NCBI GenBank assembly: GCA_963823655.1
Contig: CAWGMK010000012.1
Location: forward strand, 74,611 to 138,610
Direction: 5' to 3'
Origin: an uncultured Bacillota bacterium
Lineage (GTDB): Bacteria > Bacillota > DTU025 > MWDF01
Length of the DNA: 64,000 bases
Positions 29,065-39,849 of this stretch are shown here, one piece after another. The notes beneath the pieces were generated by a model that ran no database searches, was not told the origin of the DNA, and saw only the letters and a program-made list of their open reading frames with translations. Each line of letters opens with the position of its first letter. Positions within the stretch are counted from its first letter, which is position 1. The translations under genes were made by a program, and so were the position numbers.

Positions 29065-29778
29065 CTACTTGCCTATTTCAATAATGACATAGACCTTATC
29101 CGAGGTAATGCTTGTGATGCGGGGGATCGATGCTTCTACCGGCCCTAGCGTCTTCAGGTAGTTCACATAGAAGGAGAGCACATCGGGGGAGAAGCCGTAG
29201 AGCGCATAGGGCTGGCCCTTGTTCGCGCTGTTGACGACATCGGCTCCTACCGACACTGCCTTTTCGTCCATCTCGCCTGCCACCTTGTCGCTGAACCTGA
29301 CCATAAGCTTCACTGCCGCAGTCGCGGTATTCTCGGGCACAAGCGCCGCAAGCCCTCTCTGGATGACCCTCTCCATGCCGACCGACTGGTCCTCCACATA
29401 GGAGACAATGGTCTCGGGCGTCTCCTTGGGAAGTATAAGCTCAAACCATACGAGCCCTGCCGCAAGAAGCAGCAAGGACGCCGCTGTGGCACCTATAAGC
29501 ACCTTGAAGAAGGGGTTCTTGAAGAGCGCTCTGAAGCTCGTCGCCGTCGGCAGCTGCCTCTTCGCTTCCTTTATAACAATGCGCTTGAGCTGGTCCCTGA
29601 ACTCCTTGGGGACCACTATGGGCTCAGCCAGCGCCGACATCATCTTCTTATATTCCGCAAGCTCCTCGCCGCATTCCTTGCACGATGCGCAGTGTACCTC
29701 CAGGTCCTGGGCCCTGTGGGCCTCAAGAGTGCCTGTGAAGTACTCGGCCATCTGCTCGCGGTAAACTTTACATTCCAA
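29065..29778 (-). CDS. Anti-sigma factor (zf-HC2) with one TM segment and an extracytoplasmic domain
   Basis: HCASCKEC zinc-finger motif near the N-terminus; TTG start overlaps the sigma-factor stop. Confidence 0.75.
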   Translation of the reverse strand: MECKVYREQMAEYFTGTLEAHRAQDLEVHCASCKECGEELAEYKKMMSALAEPIVVPKEFRDQLKRIVIKEAKRQLPTATSFRALFKNPFFKVLIGATAASLLLLAAGLVWFELILPKETPETIVSYVEDQSVGMERVIQRGLAALVPENTATAAVKLMVRFSDKVAGEMDEKAVSVGADVVNSANKGQPYALYGFSPDVLSFYVNYLKTLGPVEASIPRITSITSDKVYVIIEIGK

Positions 29779-30361
29779 CGCCCTTCATCTCCGATCGTCC
29801 GTATGCTTCCCTCAAACTTGCCACTGCTCTGTTAATCCTCGATTTGACCGTGCCCATCTCGATTCCGAGCTCCTCGGATATCTCCTGATAGGACATGCCT
29901 ACGATGAATCTCAGCTCGAGGATCTCCTTTTGCATGTCGGGCAGCTTGCGCACAAGAGAGAGCATATGCTGCCGGAAGTCCTCCTTGTCCAATAGTTCCT
30001 CGGGTCCTGGCGCCCTGTCGGCAATCTGCCGCTCCATGGGCTCCCCGTCCTTGCCGCCCACCTCGCGGTCCAGGCTTTCCTGGGGCTTGCGCCTTCTTGC
30101 GAAATCGACTGCCGCGTTGGCGGCTACTGCGAAAATCCAGGTAGAAAGCTTCGAGTCCCCCCGAAACTGCTGCAAATAGGTGCACAGCTTCAGGAATACG
30201 CTGGATGTCACGTCCTGGGCGTCATGGTGGTCGCCCAGTTTCGAATAGGCGAGCCTGTAGATCTTGTCTACATACCTCTCATATATGGCTGTCATGGCGT
30301 TAGTGTCGCCCAACAGGTATTTCTCGGCCAGCTGCTCGTCGCTGAGCGCCTTGTAGTCCAA
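29768..30361 (-). CDS. ECF-type RNA polymerase sigma-70 family factor
   Basis: Region 2 (..DAQDVTSSVFLK..) and region 4 (..GMSYQEISEELGIEMGTVKSR..). The start is proposed at TTG 30361, preceded by AGGAG; the ORF is open to 30568. Confidence 0.75.
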   Translation of the reverse strand: MDYKALSDEQLAEKYLLGDTNAMTAIYERYVDKIYRLAYSKLGDHHDAQDVTSSVFLKLCTYLQQFRGDSKLSTWIFAVAANAAVDFARRRKPQESLDREVGGKDGEPMERQIADRAPGPEELLDKEDFRQHMLSLVRKLPDMQKEILELRFIVGMSYQEISEELGIEMGTVKSRINRAVASLREAYGRSEMKGVGM

Positions 30362-30644
30362 AGTATCACTCCTATTGCGCCGGACTGCTGCCTCGTAAAC
30401 TTTGACGAAAGCCCGAGGCCTTTTGTTCTGCTTGTCCGACCATAAATTGCGGGAAATTCCGCGCTGATGCGTAGGGCTTAAGGGCCGTCGGCAACATAAT
30501 CTAGCGTAGCGGCTTCCCACACTACTAAACGAATATATCTTACCATTCTTCATGGGGCCAACGGGCATCTGCCGGCAGGCTCTGCCTAAAATGCATAAGG
30601 CCGGCAGCCTCCGTCACCCTCAAATTCCGCGCCTTTGGCCCTGC

Positions 30645-31709
30645 CTATACCCTCAACAGGCTCTTCATCTCGTCCGGGTCGGTGGCATGCGCCATGCACT
30701 CGTCAAGCGAGATCTTGTTGTCCATGTATAGGTTCACAAGGGCCCTGTTCATCGTCTGCATGCCGGTCTTCGCGCCCGATTGTATGGCGGACGCGATCTG
30801 GTATGTCTTGGACTCCCTTATGAGGTTCCTGATTGCCGGGTTCGAGATCATGATTTCGACAGCCGGCACCACCATGTGGGTATCCTCCTGCACCACCGGC
30901 AACAGGAGCTGGGATATAACGGCCTGGAGCGTAGTCGACAGCTGCAGCCTTATCTGGCGCTGCTGGGTCTCGGGGAAGACGTCTATCATCCTGTTTATGG
31001 ACGATACTGCGTCGTTTGTGTGCAGCGTCGCGAACACCAGATGCCCCGTCTCGGCGGCGGTTATCGCAATCGAGACGGTCTCAAGGTCGCGCATCTCGCC
31101 GATTAGTATAACGTCAGGGTCCTGCCTTAGCACATGCCGCAGGGCGTCGTTGAAGCTCTTGGTGTCGGTGCCCACTTCCCTCTGGTTGATGATGCTTTGG
31201 ATGTTGGTATGGGCGTACTCTACAGGGTCTTCTATCGTCATGATGTTGTACCTGAAGGTGTGGTTGATGTGGTTGAGCATGGACGCAAGCGTCGTGGTCT
31301 TGCCGCACCCTGTGGGCCCGGTAACAAGGACCAGCCCCCTGGGGAAGCTTGCGATCTGCTTTAGCGTCTGCACGGGAAGGTTCAGCGAATTGAGCTTTGG
31401 CACCTCGGAGGGGATGTACCTGCATGCGCAGCCGATCTTGCCTCTTTGCATGTAAACATTGACCCTGAACCTGCCGGTGCCCTTCGACTCGAAGGCGAAG
31501 TCCAGCTCCAGGTCCTCCCTGAAGCGGACGATGTGGTCGGGCGTCATCATGGAGAATACTATGCGCTCGACGTCGGCGGCGGAGAGCTTCTTTTCACTAA
31601 GGTTTCTTATCCTCTGCCCCGTCCTTATCAAAGGCGGCTCCCCCGCCACCAGGTGCAGGTCCGATGCGCCAAGCTTTACCGCATTGTGCATCATCTCGTG
31701 GATGGGCAA
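30645..31709 (-). CDS. pilT: Type IV pilus twitching-motility ATPase PilT
   Basis: 354 aa; Walker A GPTGCGKTTT and the PilT signature ..NPAIRNLIRE.. Confidence 0.85.
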   Translation of the reverse strand: MPIHEMMHNAVKLGASDLHLVAGEPPLIRTGQRIRNLSEKKLSAADVERIVFSMMTPDHIVRFREDLELDFAFESKGTGRFRVNVYMQRGKIGCACRYIPSEVPKLNSLNLPVQTLKQIASFPRGLVLVTGPTGCGKTTTLASMLNHINHTFRYNIMTIEDPVEYAHTNIQSIINQREVGTDTKSFNDALRHVLRQDPDVILIGEMRDLETVSIAITAAETGHLVFATLHTNDAVSSINRMIDVFPETQQRQIRLQLSTTLQAVISQLLLPVVQEDTHMVVPAVEIMISNPAIRNLIRESKTYQIASAIQSGAKTGMQTMNRALVNLYMDNKISLDECMAHATDPDEMKSLLRV

Positions 31710-31728
31710 GGTAAAACACCTCCCAAAG

Positions 31729-32636
31729 CTAGGTCCGGCCCTGACGGCCGTCCTTTTCCCTTCTGTATCCCACGGGCCTTAGTATCCTTATGTACGCCGT
31801 GGCCAGGGCAATCTGGAAGAAAAGAAGGAATAAGTAGAATAGCCCCGCCATGAAGATGTTTGAAAATCCCAGCATGATATTGATCGGATCCGTCCTCATC
31901 TTCTTTGCCATGTCGTCGACGACGACCATAGTGGAGAAAACCCCGGTATCATGGAGATCGCGGCCGAGAAGACCCAGGCCGCCGGATAATAGATGGCATA
32001 AAGGGCCGCGATGCCGAACCAGTTGCGGCTTACGAGCCTGCGGCTGGTCTCAAGCGCGGGCCACAGTCCAAGCTTCGCGTCTACCAGCAAGTAGGGGGCG
32101 AGCGACCAGGCAACTGCGAAGTAAAGGCATAGGGGTATCGCCCACCAGTTTATCTTGCTGCCGAACTCCTTCATAAGCCCGCTGAAAATAATGGGGGCCC
32201 AGATGGCTGCGGAAATTATGAGAAGGCCGGGCAAGTACCTCAGCGCCTCCATGAAGTCGCTTTTGGGATCCTCGCTCTTTGTTATGTAGCCCATCGCCAC
32301 GATGGAGGGGAGCATCCCCAGGCACATGATGATTATCGTCCTCAGGTAGGAGCCGAAGAGCGCGTCCGCGGCCACGGAGGCCCTGCCGGCTTGGTCGTAG
32401 TACAAATAGAAGCTTATGCAAATGGCAAGAAGTCCGGGAATGGAGGAGAGCGCTATCGGTTTGAAGCGAGCCTTGAAAGTGACCCAGGCCTCCTCGAACC
32501 AGCCGAATATGTCCGTGGAGTAGCCGCTGACAATGACCTCCTCGAACTCGTTTTTCGGCGCTAATCTAACGTGCGCAAGCAGATTGACATGCGCAACGTT
32601 CAGCTTGTCTTCGAGCTTCCTGATCGGACTGGGCAT
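31729..32636 (-). CDS. Polytopic membrane protein, unknown function, apparent frameshift
   Basis: 31896-32636 continues as ..PGVFSTMVVVDDMAKK.. in frame 31729-31929. The shift is at the AAAACCCC run 31937-31944. Confidence 0.55.
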
Positions 32637-32810
32637 TGTACTTCCCCCCGATTGCTAATTGCGGTGCGCCTTTAAAAAAGTCTCCGTAAATAGATATTAT
32701 TCAATGCCGGCCGGCGATTACCTGCTTTAACGCACGCGCAAATGGAGGCGGTAAAAAGAGAAGGGCGGGGCATCGCTGCCCCACCCATTTTGACCTGTAT
32801 ATGTGTCTGC

Positions 32811-34458
32811 TTACTTGCCCTGGTACTTGACCAGTTCGGGGTTGGTCTTCGGGTCGATCAATTCCTTCCACCATGTGGGCCACGCGGTCTGTCTCCAGTT
32901 CCTGGCAAGAAGCACATCGCTCAGCTCTAGCCAGTCATTGTACCAGCCGACCGAGGTGTTGTAGCAGAACTCGCCCAAGAATGCCACGGCAGCCTTTGGA
33001 TCCGTTGCATACATCTTGGTGGCGACGTCCTGGAGCTCGGCCATCTGCTTGTAGACAAGGGCCATCTTGGGCTGCCTGAGGGCGTCTACGACTTTGATGG
33101 CGTCAGCGTAGTTGAGGCCGATTATGGCCTGCACACCGGTGTTGATCCACCATCCGGAGTCGCGCCTGTACTCCTCATACCTTGAGCCGATGGCATAGAG
33201 GTCGGGAAGCTTTGCCATCGCGGGGAACAGGGGGGTAAGGAAGCTGTGTCCGACTGAGCCGTAGCCGTACCATACGATGCCCCTGAACGGTGCGGGCAGC
33301 CATGACTTGACCTGGCTGATCTGCAGATAGGCGGTTGCGGGGATGCCTATCGGCCTTGGCGTTCCGCCGAGGTTGTAGTTGGTGAGCGGGTCGCCGTAGG
33401 GACCGGCGTGCGGGCCCTTGGTCAGGTCGTACTGCGTGCCTTCGTAATGGTCGCCGGAGATCTTCCATATGTCATGTACGGAGAGTTTGAAGTCGGGCTT
33501 TACGAAGTAAGGATACTCTGCCTGGTTATCGGGCAGTTTGAGAGACGGCGCTACGATGTCGTATACGCGCCACTCGCGCTTGTTGTGGGCATTTGATGCG
33601 GTTGGCGTAGATCTCAGACGCCCTGAAGGGCTTGCCGGACTTAAGATCGTACCAGCCGTTGTCCACTGCGTAGGAGATGAAGTTGGGTGAGGTTATGATC
33701 TCATAGGTTACGCCGTTCTCGACGGGGTTCCTGGGGTCGATGTTGAAGCGGTGGCTATTGGCGCCCACCCATACCATGTCGTCCGGTACGCGGGTGGCTA
33801 CCCATACCTTCGCTCCGAAGAACTCCATTGCCCATGTCTCTTTGCCGTCGGTGATGTCCATTATCTCGCCGCCGCCGCCGGTTACGTTCCAGCCGTACTC
33901 GTTGACGAGCTGGCCCATGATCATGACGGCTTCGCGGGATGTGGCGGCGCGCTCAAGCGCCAGGTCCTGGAGCATCCAGCAGTCGAGTATGCCTTCGTCG
34001 GTGTCATACATCTTCTGCCTTACGGCCTTGCCGTAGTCGTTGGAGCTGCTGATGCCGGTTGTGCTTTCGCCCATGGCCACGCCCATCTCGTTTATGAACG
34101 AGTATCTGGAGTGGAAATAGGTGTAGGTCTTCTTGACCTGCGGGATTTCCGCAAGGACCATCGCGCGGCCGTTCCTGTTCTTGGTGTAGTCAACTACGGG
34201 CCACTTGGAGTAATCGATGTAGTCATGCCCGTCGATTACCACTGACCTTGTTGCCCCTTCGGGGAACTCGCCGCCTTTTAGAATCCAGAGCCTGAAGTCC
34301 GCGACGCCGGAGTCATCGTTGTGGGTGATGATCGCTGAGCCGTCTACGGTTGCCTTGTTGCCGACTGCGATGATGGTGCAAGCGTAGCTTACCGTAGTAA
34401 GCGCGAGCAGCATCACGAGCACGGAGGCCAGGACGATTAGAGTTCTGCGGGTCCTCAT
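32811..34458 (-). CDS. C69-family dipeptidase (secreted), apparent frameshift
   Basis: Signal peptide then ..ACTIIAVG.. (Cys nucleophile). The C-terminal part ..NAHNKREWRVYDIVAPSLKL.. is recovered by a 1-nt shift at TTT 33591-33593. Confidence 0.8.
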
Positions 34459-34540
34459 GTTTTACACCTCACTTTATAAAATGGGCTGCTATTTGGAAAG
34501 AGGAGGGACTTTTTTACATCGGTCGCCTCCTCCGGTTCCA

Positions 34541-35699
34541 CTAGTTCTCGAATACGCGAGCCGGGTCCACGGTCGACGGATCCGGTAAGTAGCTGCCTAG
34601 CCCGTTTGTCATTATGTCGGTGTAGCGGGGGTATGAGAAGCCTACCGTCTTGTCCGGGTAGAACTGGTTGAACATGTTGATAAGCTCCAGAGAAGAGGTC
34701 AGCAGGCGCCCGACCCTGTTGTCTATGGTCTGCGCGTTGTTGATGTCATAAGCTGTGTACAAAAGGCCCTTGTCGGCCGCCCTCTGCAGGAACTCGTCCT
34801 TGCCGTCTATCATCAGCTGTTCGGTAATCCTGCCGACCACGCGGTCGATGAAGGGCTCGGCCGTCTCGACGAGGACTGCCAGGGTGTCGCTGTAGTCGCC
34901 GATTTCGCGGTGGGTGAGGCCGTGCAGGTTCTTAGGTGATACCTCGTTTTTAAGAGGGATCTCCATCTGCGCATACATTGAAGCGAGGGTCGCCAGCTCC
35001 TCTGCGCGCTGGTGGGCGACGTATGTGTCGACGACCGGGTACATCAAGGACGCTTCATGGAAGTCGATGGTCAAGTCAACCTTCTCGTTTCTTATAAGCT
35101 CCAATGTCGCAAACGACATGCGCTCTGTGAGCGTGCCGTTCGCCCTTCCGGGGAAGGTGCGGTTGTAGTTTCTAAGGTCCTGGTAGGCCAGGTTCTGGCC
35201 CGACGGGTAGTGTACATAGGTGAACGGGTCCGGCCACTGGTCCAGATGCGCCGTCTCCCTGTCGCCGATTCTAAACACCTGCTGCCCCCAGCTTGTGGGG
35301 ATGTGCAGGTACTGAGGGTAGGCGTTTCCGAGTATGCCCTGCGTCGAGGCGCTCATAGTCCGCCCTGGGCATGAGTATTATCCTGCCGGCCGTGATCTTA
35401 AGGTTTGCCATCATTACATAAACGGCAATCGAGCCAGCCGGCTCATAGGGGTGGGCGCCTCCGTAGATGAATACCGTGCCGCCGGGGTTGCCTGAGTCGA
35501 AGAAGTACACCGGAGTGTCCCCCAAAGTGCCCTTAAGGGTTGGGAGCCAGTCCGAAAGCATGCGTTTCTCTGTGAAGGCCTCTGATACTGTGACAATTTC
35601 CTTGTAGCCTCTAAGGTCGATGAACTCCGCGGATGCGAAGCCCGCAAGGACCAGGAACGCTACCAGGAATGCCAGCTTTCTGATGTTGGAGCTGCTCAT
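34541..35699 (-). CDS. Secreted M14-like / AstE-AspA-like zinc deacylase-peptidase, apparent frameshift
   Basis: Signal peptide; GGAHPYEPAG (HxxE). The frames join at about 35357. Confidence 0.6.
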
Positions 35700-35712
35700 G
35701 TTCCTGTCCTCC

Positions 35713-35886
35713 TTACCTGATGTGCAATGCGCGCAGCAGGAATGGTATTACGGCGTACGCATACACGATGTCATAGACGAGATTCGTGCGGGTGGTCCTC
35801 TTGAACAGGGCCCTTATGAGAAGAAGCCCGAAGAAGCCCGCCATCGCAAAGTAGATATAATGGATGATCTCCTGTAAAAACACCAT
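35713..35886 (-). CDS. Small two-TM membrane protein
   Basis: 57 aa from ATG 35886, preceded by AAGGAG at 8-nt spacing; tightly packed between the permease and peptidase genes. Confidence 0.45.
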   Translation of the reverse strand: MVFLQEIIHYIYFAMAGFFGLLLIRALFKRTTRTNLVYDIVYAYAVIPFLLRALHIR

Positions 35887-35905
35887 ATGACTCACTCCTT
35901 CGCTT

Positions 35906-37214
35906 CTATTTCACAAGGGGTACGAATGTCTTCGCGAATATCAGCATGCAAAGCGCGATTGCCGCCAGGAACAGCCAGGGCACCATGACAGCCTTAAGGA
36001 ATTGCATGTAGGAGCCCTTGAAGCCGGTCTTCTCTATTGAGAGCCTTCCGACTATCCTGGAAGGCGGCAGGCAGTCGCCAAGCGGGAACATGAGGCTCAA
36101 AGCCGCAGCTACCACTGTTACGTTGATGCCGACCGAGTTGAAGCGGAATATTATCGGCACGCCGATGATGACGGCGCTGCCGTAGGAGAGCGACCCCTGT
36201 GCCAGCGGGCAGAACAGGAGGGCCGTTATGTAGATCCAGAGTATGGGAAGGGTTACGAAGTTGATGGCGATGAGCCCTCTTACGCCGGTAAGCGCCATGA
36301 TGTTCACCAGAACGCCGACGCTGACTAACGTTGCCACCAGCGGGAACACGGTCTCAATCGTCTTGGTCGTCACTTCCCACCAGCGCTTGAGGCTTCTTCT
36401 CTCCGGGTCGATGATCATAACGAGCACCGCGCAGAGAAGGAAGGTGAGGGGAAGGCCGATTACGGGCATCAGATGCGCGCCGTACTGGGCCATGAGGATC
36501 AAGAACAGCACAAGTGCAAATGGCAGGGTCAGCCTTATCCAGTTCATGCCCTTGGCAGTGGGAGGAAGGCCTGCCAGCACTTCGGCCTTTGGCCTGGCCT
36601 TGGTACCCCTGCCGAAGAAGAAGACCGCGAATATCGTGGTGAGCACTACGGGGATCAACAGTATCTTGTTGAAGCCTACGTAGGGCATGTTCGCGCCGGC
36701 TGCCATCAGCATCGCCCAGAGGTTGATCGGAGGGGCAGGCGGCTGAAAGTATGGCAGTAATGAAAACGAAGGCAGCGCGCCTTTCGGGAGGGAAGCCCAT
36801 GAACTCCAAGACGGTGGCGACGAGGCCGCCGACTACGAGTATGGAGACGCTTCCGGCGCCCGTGAAGGCTCCTGGGATCAGCATTACGAATGCCAGCAGG
36901 AACAGCATTATCCACTTATGCTGGTAGAACTTCTGGACGAGGTTTCTTACCAGCGCGTTTGTTGCGCCTATTTCCGAGTAGAAGTTCATGAAAAGGGACG
37001 CGGTGATGAACAGCAGAGCAAGGTCGAAATAGGTGAGGGTGCCCTCGATAAGCAGGCGGATGGGAACTCCGAATCCGGCGACTAATGCTCCGAATATCGC
37101 CGTAATGACCATCGATATTTCCGGCGATTTGAGCTTCCAGCTGCTAAGGGCGAAGACAGCGACCATTGCTACGAGCGTGTACGTGGTCTGAAGAGTCATG
37201 CACAATACCCCCAA
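35906..37214 (-). CDS. Large polytopic permease (TRAP DctM-like / ion-transporter superfamily), apparent frameshift
   Basis: About 436 aa of TM helices. The frames 36354-37214 and 35906-36712 join as ..SAAAPPINLWAM.. near 36737. The family call is tentative. Confidence 0.55.
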
Positions 37215-37241
37215 AAATAGCGCCCCTGATTAAAAGGGGCG

Positions 37242-37862
37242 CTATTGGTTACTTGGAAAACATGGCTGCAATAATCCCCGGAAGGTCCGTAGTACGCCAT
37301 GATCGAAATAGGTGAGCGGCACCTTATTCTTCTCAGCCAGCTTCTTGAACTTGCCGTCCGTGTCGCCGTCTTTCCTGATTATCATGTAGTCGGCGAACGG
37401 TGCGATTGCATCTATGCTCTGTTCATTTGCGCTTCCCGGAAGGCCTCTGTTGTCCTTGCCGTTTAGAAGCAGCGCCACGATCTTGATCTTCAGCTTCTTG
37501 GCCTCCGCCACCACTTTGTTGAGGCGCGCGATCTCATCCTCAATTGTTATGCCGGATGCCCCTAGGCCCTTGGCGCTGGAGCTAATCGCGAAAATTATGG
37601 TCTTGTACTTCGCAATGTCGGCCGGCTGCGGCTCGGCATTGTAGAAGTAGTTCGTCTCGTAGATGGTCACGGCCTTTGAGATGGGGTTGAAGTTTATGAA
37701 CGTCCTCGTGCCCTTTCCGTCCGGGCCCTGTCCCGCGTTACTAAGTAGCATCGGGAACTCGAACTTCGGAGGAGTTGCGCCGGTGACTGCCGCCATCACA
37801 GGATTTGCCCCCATTAGCAGCATCATCCCGAGAAGAATCAGCAAGATTGAAATCCTCTTCAT
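37242..37862 (-). CDS. Secreted alpha/beta protein, unknown function (candidate solute receptor)
   Basis: 206 aa with a signal peptide; first gene of the minus-strand operon. Confidence 0.5.
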   Translation of the reverse strand: MKRISILLILLGMMLLMGANPVMAAVTGATPPKFEFPMLLSNAGQGPDGKGTRTFINFNPISKAVTIYETNYFYNAEPQPADIAKYKTIIFAISSSAKGLGASGITIEDEIARLNKVVAEAKKLKIKIVALLLNGKDNRGLPGSANEQSIDAIAPFADYMIIRKDGDTDGKFKKLAEKNKVPLTYFDHGVLRTFRGLLQPCFPSNQ

Positions 37863-38217
37863 CTATATTCTCCTTTCAATTAGGTTAATAACTACTGTTA
37901 ATACGCACTGGCTGCCGCTATTGTTCGGCAGCATTAGCACACCATATCAATTATAGGTTATGGGTGGGAAGTCTAAAACAAAATTCGATTCTTGGTGCTC
38001 CGGGCGTTATGCATAAATGAATATCGATATATGGCGGTTTATATGGAGGTTTCCGGAGGGCTTGGAAGTGCCCTCCAAATAATTGGGAAATTATGAATGT
38101 ACTAATAAAAAACATATGCTTCTTGGAGGAGAAAAACGGGATTCTGTATGCAACCACAAAAAGCAGAATCTGCCCCCCTGGGAATTTGGTGTATGATATT
38201 TAATCGTAGGAGGGAAG

Positions 38218-39415
38218 ATGAATCCCACAGTCATTGCAATCGCATCCGTCCTGCTCCTTGCCGCAGGCCTCATAGAAAACTCGCGCCACAGGCGCCTGCT
38301 TTCGTCCATCCCGATAAGGGTGAATGTGAACGGCACGAGGGGAAAGTCCACGGTAACGAGGCTCATCGCGGCGGGGCTGTCTGCCGGCGGTATCAGGACC
38401 GCCGCCAAGACCACGGGCACAGCCCCCAGGCTCATGCTGCCGGACGGCACGGAGGAGCCCATAAAAAGAAGGGGCAAGGCGAGGATCTCGGAACACATCT
38501 GGGTAGTGAAGAGGGCGCACAAAGCGGGGGCGAAGGCGCTCGTCGCCGAATGCATGGCCCTTGAGCAGGAGAACCAGAGGGTATATGAGGGGATGCTTGT
38601 CCGCTCCACAATAGGCGTGATTACGAATATCAGGCCGGACCATCTGGACGTAATGGGGCCGGGGCTTGAGGATGTGGCCCGCACGCTGGCGCTGACCGTG
38701 CCAAAGGGCGGTTACATGGTGGCAACGGACGGCCCATATATAAACATCGTTGAGCAGGAGTGCCTGAAGAAGGGCACGAAGCTCGTGCTCGCGGACGCTA
38801 AAGACGTGAGCGCTGAGGAGCTTGCGCTCTTCGGCTACACTTCGTTTGCCGAGAATGTGGCGCTGGCTCTAAAGGTATGCGAGCTTGCGGGGGTCGACAG
38901 GGGCACGGCTTTGAGGGGCATGCAGGCGGCAAGGCCCGATCCAGGGGTTAGCCCCATTGTGGATCTGGAAGTTTCGGGCAGAAGGCTTCACATCGTGAAC
39001 GCATTCGCGGCCAATGACGTCGAATCCACCATTAAGATGTGGGACGACTTCGTAAAGCCCATGCTTGGCGATTACGCCATGTCATTCATAATGGTGAACA
39101 ACCGCGAGGACAGGCCGCAGAGGGTGGAGGAGATGTCAGTGATGGCAGCGTCCTTGCCCGTCGACCGCATATTCTATATAGGTAAGCTGCAGGCGCTGGC
39201 AAAAAGGCTTACGCCGAAGGGCGGACGCAGCAGCGACGGCATCTGCACAGGTGGAGCTGGTGAAATCGGGCAAGCCACAGGATATGCTTGATGCGATCGC
39301 AAAGCATATGCCGGAAGGCGGGTCGGCCGTTGTGCTGCTGGCAGGAAACACCAAAGGGGCAGGGAGCCTGCTCACGGAATATATCAGCTCGATTTCGGGA
39401 GGTGGGCCCAGATGA
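38218..39415 (+). CDS. pgsB: Poly-gamma-glutamate synthase PgsB/CapB, apparent frameshift near the C-terminus
   Basis: N-terminal TM segment plus VNGTRGKSTVTRL (Mur-ligase-like P-loop). The C-terminus ..VELVKSGKPQDMLDAI..GNTKGAG.. lies in another frame from about 39219; its stop overlaps the pgsC ATG. Confidence 0.8.
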
Positions 39416-39840
39416 TAGGCAGCTCTGTAACGCTAGGTGTGGTATTCAGCTTCCTTTTCGGGGAGCTGTCGGGGCTTCTGTCGGGCGGGCTTGTGGGGCC
39501 GGGCTATCTGGCCCTTTACCTCGACCAGCCGGTGAGGGTGCTGGCGACGCTTGCGATCGCGGGCGTGACTTACCTGCTAGTGAAGCTTGTTTCGAACTAC
39601 GTAGTGCTGTTCGGCCGGCGCAGATTTATGGCGATGGTCCTGGGCGGCATGCTAATAGGCTGGCTTTTGGGCAGGGTGGTCTCATGGGTGCCGGAGATCG
39701 GGCAGGAATTCAGGGCGGTAGGTTACATCATACCGGGGCTTATAGCCAATGACTCGTACAAGCAGGGCTTTTTCAAGACGGCGGCTTCGACTTTGCTGGT
39801 GGCGGGGCTGGTTCGCCTGGCCCTTCTGCTCATCTATTAG
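39412..39840 (+). CDS. pgsC: Poly-gamma-glutamate biosynthesis protein PgsC/CapC
   Basis: 142-aa membrane protein, ..GGLVGPGYLALY.. and ..IPGLIAND.. Confidence 0.8.
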   Translation: MIGSSVTLGVVFSFLFGELSGLLSGGLVGPGYLALYLDQPVRVLATLAIAGVTYLLVKLVSNYVVLFGRRRFMAMVLGGMLIGWLLGRVVSWVPEIGQEFRAVGYIIPGLIANDSYKQGFFKTAASTLLVAGLVRLALLLIY

Positions 39841-39849
39841 GCGGTACTC

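Noticed and set aside
30682-31455. 257-aa plus-strand ORF.
   Set aside because: It is antisense to pilT, whose Walker and PilT signatures are clear, and it has no RBS.
30645-32636. Type IV pilus locus.
   Set aside because: Only PilT is present. No pilin, assembly ATPase, platform or secretin genes occur in the window.
38091-38684. 197-aa and 147-aa minus-strand ORFs.
   Set aside because: They are antisense shadows of pgsB.
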